This document shows positions 54,515 through 64,000 of a stretch of 64,000 nt of DNA, piece after piece. A program made the position numbers and the translations under genes. Below the pieces are notes generated by a model that did no database searches, was not told where the DNA came from, and saw nothing but the letters and a program-made list of their open reading frames with translations. The DNA comes from Paraspadella gotoi (taxonomy: Eukaryota; Animalia; Chaetognatha): the NCBI GenBank assembly GCA_051294375.1, contig CM119266.1:11675609-11739608 (forward strand). The letters are read 5' to 3'. How positions within the stretch are numbered: position 1 is the first letter of the stretch; each line of letters starts with the position of its first letter.

Positions 54515-55030
54515 CCAGATCGTAAACCTGTTGCTATTAACAGATCTTAAATCTTTTCCCCCGTTCTCTTCTTGTATTTTCTTTGACCACAAAGAGATTT
54601 AGTGCTTCCCGCTTAACGCGGAAATATCGTAACTCTCTCTCGCTTTTCTTCGGCACAAACTGACCCCTCCTTCCTTTCAAAATCTCCGGGGCGTCTGCCG
54701 TGGGGAGGAGAGGGGGAGACCGAGTTATTTATTTGTTTTTAAATCAAAAGACCACAGATTCGATCTTCTTCCTCCTCTTCCTCCTCCTCCTCCTTCTTGG
54801 AAGAAGTTCCGAGAATCAAAAATTCCATCAAATATTCAAAGACGAACGAGACAAGTTTCGGAGAGAAAGAAAGAAACTTTTCTCCAAAACAGGAAACAAT
54901 TTGCAGGCCCTTGATCAGTTACTTGATATGAAATTCACTAGTTGTAAATTGGAAGTTTTAAATTATCTTAACAAACACGTTTCATTCTAAATTGCGAATT
55001 CAAAAAAAGTTCGTTCCATCAAGGGTTTTA

Positions 55031-55281
55031 CTATCTAGGAAAAAAGTATAATTCATTTATTCAACAAAACATGAGTAAAACATTCTCAATATTCGGTATG
55101 CTCTTCCTCGGCATTGACTACTGCCTGTAACTTCTAAACGATTTGACCTACAAAAAAATAGAAAAAGCTACTGAAAGGAATTTCTATGTAGATCCGGAAA
55201 CATTCTACTTTTTTTAAAATCAAACCAGTTTTCGAATAGATATCCTTTATTAAAAATGTTATATACTTTTTTCCTAGATAG
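55031..55281. mobile_element. Tc1/mariner-superfamily MITE, 251 bp, perfect 20-bp TIRs, TA target-site duplication
   Basis: TA|CTATCTAGGAAAAAAGTATA (55031-55050) ... TATACTTTTTTCCTAGATAG|TA (55262-55281); AT-rich non-coding interior. Confidence 0.8.
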
Positions 55282-55903
55282 TACGTACTATTTTAGGTAG
55301 ATTAAAAATGTTTATATCAAACAAGGAAAAGACACTGTTGCAAAAAAAATATTTTAAATCCTCCATTGGCTATATTACCGATTCCAGTTTGTTAGTTAAG
55401 ATAAGTTAAGTTAAAGAAAATCGTCAATTAATGCGATGCTGAACATCATAAGTCATAAACGAAGAATACAATTACGACAACAACAACCACAACGACGACG
55501 GGGTTGGCCGATCAACCGGTTACCGGGTTATCTTTCAAAAGTGGGAGGAGCAGAACTGATACACCGTATTGTCCCCCTTTGTTCGTCTTACCCCCTCACC
55601 ACCGCCTCGCCATTTCCAACCCTCTCAACCCACTCTAGTCTCTCGCGCGCATTAATGGAGAGAAGATACCTCGACCCTGTTTACAATTAATGACGGCTCG
55701 ATCAATAAGCCCCAAAATTACGACCCCGTCGGACAGATTTCTCTTTGACGGGTTATTCGTCAAAATTGCAGATAGTAAATCTTAATGTCGTTATCTGTTA
55801 CATCAAAGGGGAAGACAAGCGACCATCCATTTCCAGGTTATAAGGGGACCGATGAGAAAGAGAGAAAGACAGAAGGACGGAGAGAGAAAGAGAGATGAGA
55901 GAT

Positions 55904-55943
<40 letters not shown>

Positions 55944-56261
55944 TTAGCCATTCAAGTGAAAAGAGGAGAAAGTCGAGTGGTTCAAAAAGTCGAGAGGAGA
56001 TTTGGACATCACGTGACTTTGTCTTTGAAGGTCTCTAAACATCTGCAAAAAGGCATCGGGTAGAAACAATGTCGCAAAAGGTCACCAAAGGTCAAAGGGA
56101 TTTTAACGAAACGGCGTTGACGTTCGCCACCTGCCGGTTTTCTTGCGAACTGTTTTCGCTTGGATCGACACCGCGTTTTACTGTCCGAACTACAGTGAGA
56201 AGCGATTGTGACGGATCGCGGGCAATCGACAAGTCTGGGTCGCTCCGTCTCACTTCTTCAT

Positions 56262-56262
56262 G

Positions 56263-56295
<33 letters not shown>

Positions 56296-56347
56296 TACGA
56301 CGATGACGACGACGACGATGAAGATGACGACGACTGCGACGGCGACG
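56262..56347. repeat. (GAC)n trinucleotide microsatellite, imperfect
   Basis: Longest of many GAC/GTC tracts in the window. Confidence 0.9.
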
Positions 56348-56478
56348 GAGAATATGTAGAAGAAAAAAAACCCATTAAAAATGGAGAAGATTCATGATTT
56401 GGGTATTTTACATTACCCTTTCTTTCCCTCTCTCTGAGACTGTTATCTTTCTTTCTTTCTTTTTTTTCTTTCTTTTTT

Positions 56479-56569
<91 letters not shown>

Positions 56570-58709
56570 CTCTTTCTTTCTCCCTCTTCGGTTTAAAACG
56601 TCAAACCTCCCAAGCTCCCTTTCTCCGGCAAAACGATCGCAAACAAGACATAAAAACAAAACAAAAAAACAAAAGGAATAAAAGTCGCGCTCCGCCATTT
56701 GAAATCTTCTTCTCCATTGAATCGCGCCGCCAATAAAACGAGATCAGAGGCGTCCATAGGCGTCCCTAGGCAGCCCGCCTTTCACCACAGCTCCGCTCCA
56801 TCGCCAAAGGTCGCGCGTTCGATCAAGACGTCTGGCTTTTTTTTTTCTGTTAATCGCGGGTTGATTACTCGGTCGTCTTTGGAAAGACTGGAAACGTCTT
56901 TGCCGATCGTCGTCGTCGTCGTCATCGTCGTCGTTGTCCGCGCGGGTCATCATGGAGTTATTGTCTCTTTTTTTTCTTTTTTTTCGTCCTTTTTCGCTTT
57001 CGTCGCCGTTCGCTGCATCGTCGTCGTGGCGCGATCGTCGTCTCTTTAGTCGTCGTTGTTGTCCGAAATTCTCTCCTCGCCGATGTCTGCCATTAATGGG
57101 AACCCATCGTCTTTTTCCTTCTTCTTTTTTTTTTCCACGTTTATGACCCCTCCGAGTTTTTGAACTGGCTGACATTCGGCCACTCTGTGGATCTCCGCTG
57201 CTTTTTGTCCCTTACCATCCACCCACTTTCTTAAAAGGTTCTCACCCTCTACGACTTGACCATCGGAGAATTAGACTCGAGAGCATTTCTCGTCTGAAGA
57301 TAGGGGGAAAATAAAAAAAAAGAGATGGTGGTAGACAATTACCGTGATTGCCACTATAACTTGATAGTTCTAATCGAAACTATTTTACAATGCTATTTAA
57401 AGAATTGTAAACAGGATGCCCAACGCTAATTGTGGGAAAAGAATACGAGTTACTACTTAATTTATACGACGTATTCTTGAAATATTTCCACCTATTGTTT
57501 TTTCATTATCGACGAGAATACAAACTATTTTTCAAACTATAACTTTATGGAAAAAACGCAAAACGGAACTCGTACTTATCCTCACTTACCCTGACTCACT
57601 CTCTGTCTCATCTTCTTATCTTTTTCCTCTTTTCTTCTTCCGACACCAGACACATTATCTTCGTAAAAGTGGTGGCGGCGGGGCGGTGGGGCGGTGGGGA
57701 GGTGTGATGAGGCGAAAAAAAGAACATCTTCGAGTCGCAGATCGTCTGGTTCCCGAATAAGTAGTAGTTTTTTTGTTTATTTATTTATTTATTTTTTTTG
57801 ACTAGTTGAGTACAACAGATCGTGAATCATTAAAATTAGTCTAGACTTGTTTAGAGTTAATCCCTATTGACTATTCTGTATATTCTGCCCCGCTGGTTCA
57901 AACTTCAAACTGATGAAAAAAAAGACTATTAAGAAAAATTATAATCAATTCGTCACCAAAGGCAAAGCAAAGAGGCGACGACGACGACGACGACGACAAC
58001 GACAACGATGACTAAGCATTCCTACCGACCGGCCGCGACCGCATTGTTATTTGTTTTTTTCTGTTCCGCCGCCTTCACCCCCCCACCACCACCACCGCTT
58101 TCCACATCAAAGCGCCGCTGACGAGCTACTTTAGTTACGCTCGTAACAACGGAATGCGGGAGTTTTTTTTTTTTTTTTTTGGTCACGAGACGACGTGGTC
58201 ACGTGATCATCGGACAAGTTGGAGGTGATCGCGGACGAGCGTCTGGGTGAACGTCTGTGGTCTTGGGTCAAAATCTTGGGGAAGGAATAAAATAGAAATT
58301 CATGATGATTGTATTGCTGATGAGTGTGATGCTGTGATGCTGTGATGCTGCGACTGTATTTTCGTTAAAAAATTAGGAAGTTAGTTTAAATTTCAAACTT
58401 TCTATTTAAAACAACTTTTGCAATAATACTCCTTGTAAAAGAAAATTATTTGGTTATTCATATTTAGTAAAATATTTTCCATTTTATAAGTAGATTATCA
58501 TTTTAGATATTATATTTGTAATTAAAATTGATATTATAATTTTTTTTTGTCGCTTGGTCGTTTCTTGATTGTTTTGTTGGTTTTGGTTTTTATATACAAT
58601 ATTATACATATATACAATAATATATGTTCTTCCTTCCGTTTTTCTTCTTTATCCGGTTTTGTTTTCGGCCATTCTCATAATAATCACTTGCTAAGTAGAA
58701 ATCCCCGGG

Positions 58710-58769
<60 letters not shown>

Positions 58770-58777
58770 CTCTCTCT

Positions 58778-58813
<36 letters not shown>

Positions 58814-58963
58814 CTCTCCATCCAGAATCCGGAAGCGGTTCGTAAAAGATGGTGCCTCCTTGAAATAGATCGGCGGTGGAAGCGGATTTCCCCGTTCGCC
58901 TCCTCTCTTCTCATCTCTCTCTCTACTCCTTCCCTTTTCTCTCTCTCCTCTCTATCTCTCTCT

Positions 58964-59021
<58 letters not shown>

Positions 59022-60215
59022 CTCGCTCTTACGAAAACCCAAACATTCTGGAGAAACAACACTGACCGAGACAGAAAGAAGTCTTCGTGACCACCGGCAA
59101 TGTAAAGTATTTTGGAAAGATCATTTACGACAGGAAGCGTCCGAGGGCATAAACGGGACGGAAGATGTCGCGAGTGAAGATGACGACGATGACGAAAATA
59201 GCGAGAACGTGGATAGCGATGATAATACAACGACGACATTAAGAAGTATTTTACTGCGAAGAGGTTTTGGTTAAATCGCTATTGGTTTGGTGAGGTAAGG
59301 TATTTTGACTTTTAAATATTTACCTACTTATTAGTCGCATTACTGAAGTAAATAAGAAAAATGCCCCGTGACATTCCGCCATTGAGCAAAGGCCAGTAAA
59401 TACTCTTGTATCCATAAAACATTCGGACATCTTAATCCTCAATGTGTTCACCCATCTCCCTTTCTTACCCCCAGACCTTTCTCCCCCCCCTCCCCCCTTT
59501 GGCAACGACGCAACGATCCGCACGCGTCTCCTGCAGAAATCCTCTCCGCTTCGAAACCGGAAGCCGCGATTCCATCGGATTCCATTTACGACGCTTATCG
59601 GACGCGAATCAACATCCGGTTCCATCCTCGAGATGAACTCGAGATCCTCCGGTAAATTCCGGATCGACCGGGAATTCCATTGACGGTTTATTGAGACAAG
59701 AAGAAGATGCTGTAATGCTGTAATGCTGTAATGCTGCGTTGGAGGGGAGATTTTGATATTCCTCCAACAGCTTCACGGGTAAATGGGAGAGAAATACAGT
59801 CCGAGCAAAGTTTAAAAGCAGTGATGAAAAATAGGAATGAAACTAAATTATCCAGAAACAATTTAAAAGAACCTATTTTACCTAAATGAATTTCACAAAA
59901 CTTTACAACTATCGAAAGCTACTTGAAGAAATTCCATTCCCTTTCTTCTTTCTTTCTCTTTCTCTCTTTCTCTTTCTCTTTCCCATTCTTCTTTCTTTCT
60001 CTTTCTTCTTCATCTTACTTTCTTAACATTTTTTTGTGCACCTAACTCACCTCTGACGCTAAGGAAGGGGTGGGGGTTAAGAAAAGGCAACCGATTCTCT
60101 CAAGAATGATGGGCGTCATTTCGCGTTTGACCAAAAAGCCATCACCTTGTCCGACCAGCGACTTCATGTCTTCATCAACTTTGGAAATTGACAACATCAA
60201 TTTAGAGTATCTTCC

Positions 60216-60247
<32 letters not shown>

Positions 60248-62088
60248 NNNNNNNNNNNNNNNNNNNNNNNNNNNNNNNNNNNNNNNNNNNNNNNNNNNNN
60301 NNNNNNNNNNNNNNNNNNNNNNNNNNNNNNNNNNNNNNNNNNNNNNNNNNNNNNNNNNNNNNNNNNNNNNNNNNNNNNNNNNNNNNNNNNNNNNNNNNNN
60401 NNNNCTCTCGATCGGCTCGAGGGATATCCACTTTCATTTTTCGATCAGTACCATCCATCATATCGGAGATTACAACGATGAGATATCTAGGCCCCGATCG
60501 AGCTTATGCGAGGAGAGCGAAATAGGGGAAGGACCTCGTTGCCGCGAACGCGAAATTGACCGCGGAATGACCATCGGAAGAAAAAAAAGGGGAGACCGGA
60601 ATGAGAGGGAGAGAGGGGAATGAGACACGCTGGCTCCTTTTTTTTTCGGGTGGTTATTAGCCCATGACTCTGACCCCGTATGAGCGCAGTGTGAGACTTT
60701 CAATTTGCCCCATATAAGGGTATATGCCATAACCATAACCATATCACATCACCATTCGTGAAGATCGCTTTTGTCGCGAGAGGGTCGAGGACAATGAGGC
60801 AATCAAGAGAAAGATGGAGAGAGAGAGGGAGANNNNNNNNNNNNNNNNNNNNNNNNNGAGAGACCGAGAGAGAGAAGCAGATGATGAGAAGGAAAATCTT
60901 GTGTTTCCGCCCCGCTCATTTTTCCTTCCAATTAATTTCCGTCACTGTTTTTCCCCGTTTCAACCTGCTCTAAATTAAAAGAGTATTCTTGACAGGAAAG
61001 ATAAAAGGGTAAACTGAGCGGCTTAAAGACTTAGGAGAGAGAGAGCAGAAGAAGAAGGAGGAGAGCGAGAATATGAAAAAGGGAGAAAAATGACGAAGAA
61101 AAAACTTCATTCTCTCTTTCAGAACATCTCTTACGAAAAATGTTCCTCACAAAGAACGAAATTGCTTTATAATCTTCACCTATATTATTCATCCCTTATT
61201 CATGCCAAAGATTTAGTCAAGACATTTTTTCCTTAAAACTCCCGAACCTCGCCGTCCCGACAGCGCCAGCCGCCCCTCGAGGCGCTCTTCTCCGATTTCC
61301 CCCCCCCCGTCCGCCACTGCTCATAAAACGCGAGGTGCACGCGCCCGTCTCTCTGCGCCTACCGGCTCGGCTCCTCGACTCACAGCTTCAAGTCATTTAA
61401 CCTTGGACAGCCGGCTGCGTCGCGGACCCCGACGTAGGGCGCACCGAGACGCATACGAGAGAGTCCGAGAAACGGAGAGAACACGAGAGAAGGGAGAAGA
61501 GAGAGACGAACAGAGACGAGAGAAGAGAGAGTTTTAGAGAGAACGAGAGAGAGAGAGAGATGAATAAAGTAGACGAGTACTCCGTTTCTTCACTATCACC
61601 GCTAAAACTATGTCCAAAAAAAAAATGGCGGAAATTATAATTTATTAACACCGTACTACTTCAGCAAATTCAATGATCATTGTGCGAAATAGATCAATTT
61701 TAGCACGCCTACATTAATCAGTATTGCCTCAGTGACAACGGCAATGACGTCACCAACATCAACTGCCCATCAGACACTCGTTTCACTCCCCCCCTCCATT
61801 CGCTTGCCCTCCTATTCAAACCAAAGGCGATCTTCCCTGCGCCAAAGAGAGACTTCATGAGAGGGAGCAGAGATGACGGGAGAGATAGAAGAAGAGGAGA
61901 GAGAGAGAGAGAGAGAAGAGAGAGAAGAGTGAGGGAGAGAGAGAGAGAGTGAGAGAGAGAGGAGAGAGAGAGAGAAGTAACGCAAAATAGTTCGAAAAAA
62001 ATATTTTTATATTTTATAACCACCCGATAAGTGAGAATCGACGCACTGTAATCTTTCCTCCTCTCCTCTCTCTCTCTCTCTTCTCTCT

Positions 62089-62161
<73 letters not shown>

Positions 62162-62764
62162 CTCGGGTGCCCGTCATCATCTCTTTCGTCCCGTTCGTCG
62201 CCGACCTTCGTCCTTGCTGTCCTCTTTTCTCGTCGACGGGCGCCACATTTTCACAACGGAAACGGCGCCAAATTCCGCCGTTGATGGCGCTAACGACGCC
62301 CGGGTCGCCGACGACGAGCGAGGGATGGGCGTGGCCGAGAGCATTATTATGTGGCCCGACGGTGAGAGGAAGGGAGATGGGAGAGAGGAAGAGAAAGAGA
62401 GAGAAAGTTATGAAAAAGACAAGGCCGAATGGGATATCCTAACGTAGGAGTATTTATGTTTTTCTTTCTTTTTTTATTTTTCTCTTCATTTCTTTATTTT
62501 TTTCATCCTTTTTTGTCAACTTTTTTTTGTTCTGTCTCTCGTTCTTTCTTTATTTCCTTCTATATTTCTTTCTTTGTTTCTTTGTTTCTTTCTTTCTTAA
62601 ATTACTAATTTTTTTTTATTTACGTAGTAACATCATAATTGTGATTATTAAATATTACCTATGAAAGAAGTAAACAACGGCTGCGAGCAGTTAGTTTTGC
62701 CAGTCCGAGATAATAAAGAGAGAGATGAAAATGTTGGGGNNNNNNNNNNNNNNNNNNNNNNNNN

Positions 62765-63860
62765 TTAGGAAACAATTTGCAAAGCCCTTGATCAGGTTAC
62801 TGATAATGAAATTCACTTAATGTTTGTTAATTGGAAGTAGTTTTACAGCCGCGCATGTCGGATCCTTAACAAACACGTTTCATTTCTTTATAAATATCCG
62901 AATCACCATAAAAAGTTCGTTTCCATCAAGGGTTTACTATCTAGGCAAAAAAGTTATAATTCATTTATTCAACCAAAACATGGTAAAACATTCTCAATTT
63001 CGCTATGCTCTCTGCCTCGGCATTGACTACACTGCCTGTAACTTTCTAAAACGATTTGACCTACAAAAACGAATAGAAAACGCTACTGAAAGGTAATTCT
63101 ATGTAGATCCGGGAAACATTCTCTACTTTTTTTTACAAGATCAAACCAGTTTTTCGAATAGATATCCTTATTTAAAAATGTTTATATACTTTTCCTAGAA
63201 AGTACCGTACTATTTTAGGTTAGATTAAAAATGTTTATATCAAACAAGGAAAGAACAACTTTTGCAAAAAATATTTTAAATCCTCCATTGGCTATATTCC
63301 GATTCCAGTATCGTATAGTTAAAGAATAAGTTAAGTTATAAGAAAGATGCGTCAATTATACCTGCGATGCTGAACATCATAAGTTCATAAACGCAAGGAA
63401 TACAATTACGACAACAACAACCACAACGACGACGGGTTGACCGATCCAGAGTTACCGGGTATATTTTTTCAAAATGAGGAGCAGAAACTCTGATACACCG
63501 TATGTCCCCCTTTGTTTCGTCTTACCCCTCACCACGCCTTCGCCATTCCAAACCCTCTCAACCCACTTAGTCTCTCGCGCGTCCGATTATAATGGAGAGA
63601 AGATACCTCGGAACCCGTGTTTACAATTAATGACGGCTCGATCAATAAGCCGCCCAAAATTTACGGACCCTCCACCGTCGGACAGATTTCTCTTTGACGG
63701 TTATTTCGTCAAAGATTGCAGATAGTAAATCTTAATGTCGTTATCTGTTACATCACAAGGGTGAAGGACAAGCGACCATCCGATTTCCAGTTTATTAAGG
63801 GGACCGATGAGAAAGAGAGAAAGACAGAAGGACGGAGAGAGAAAGAGAGATGAGAGATGA

Positions 63861-63891
<31 letters not shown>

Positions 63892-64000
63892 CGAGAGAGA
63901 GAGATAGAGAGAGAGAAGAGAGAAGACCGAGAGACGAGACGAGGAGAGAGAGGATTTAGCCTTCAAGTGAAAAGAGGGAGAAGCTCGCAGTGGGTTCAAA
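62765..64000 (+). other. Error-rich direct copy of 54891-55986 (includes the MITE); probable over-filled gap
   Basis: Follows the 25-N gap 62740-62764. Colinear from AGGAAACAATTTGCA..GCCCTTGATCAG to GTGG(G)TTCAAA with scattered single-base insertions. Confidence 0.9.

Noticed and set aside
57732-57764. Plus-strand ESQIVWFPNK resembling engrailed helix 3 (ESQIKIWFQNK)
   Set aside because: It is one residue short, has Pro at the Q50 position, is followed immediately by stops and lacks upstream helices, so it is probably chance.
59047-59274. Open plus-strand frame with an acidic run (SEDDDDDENSENVDSDD)
   Set aside because: No start codon or convincing acceptor and no recognisable domain; the acidity derives from the ubiquitous GAC/GAT repeats.

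Overview
Metazoan (probably arthropod-like) nuclear DNA from a gapped draft scaffold. It is CpG-rich, saturated with (AG)n/(CT)n, (AAAG)n and (GAC)n microsatellites, and has 18 N-gaps, seven of them exactly 25 N. Only one credible coding feature is visible: a minus-strand first coding exon (51578-51026) encoding a poly-His/Pro/Ser-rich N-terminus typical of a developmental transcription factor. It has weak colinear resemblance to the Even-skipped N-terminus, and no DNA-binding-domain exon is visible in the window. Roughly 21 kb (about a third of the window) consists of error-riddled direct or inverted re-copies of neighbouring sequence next to the 25-N gaps, best explained as long-read gap-filling artefacts rather than biology. 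Small elements that look genuine include a TA-flanked MITE with 20-bp TIRs, a degenerate pogo-like MITE, a ~160-nt foldback element predicted to form a long branched hairpin, several minisatellites and homotypic motif clusters. I found no support for a novel multi-gene system. The foldback element, the orphan TF exon and a possible microsatellite-bounded inversion junction are the best leads.
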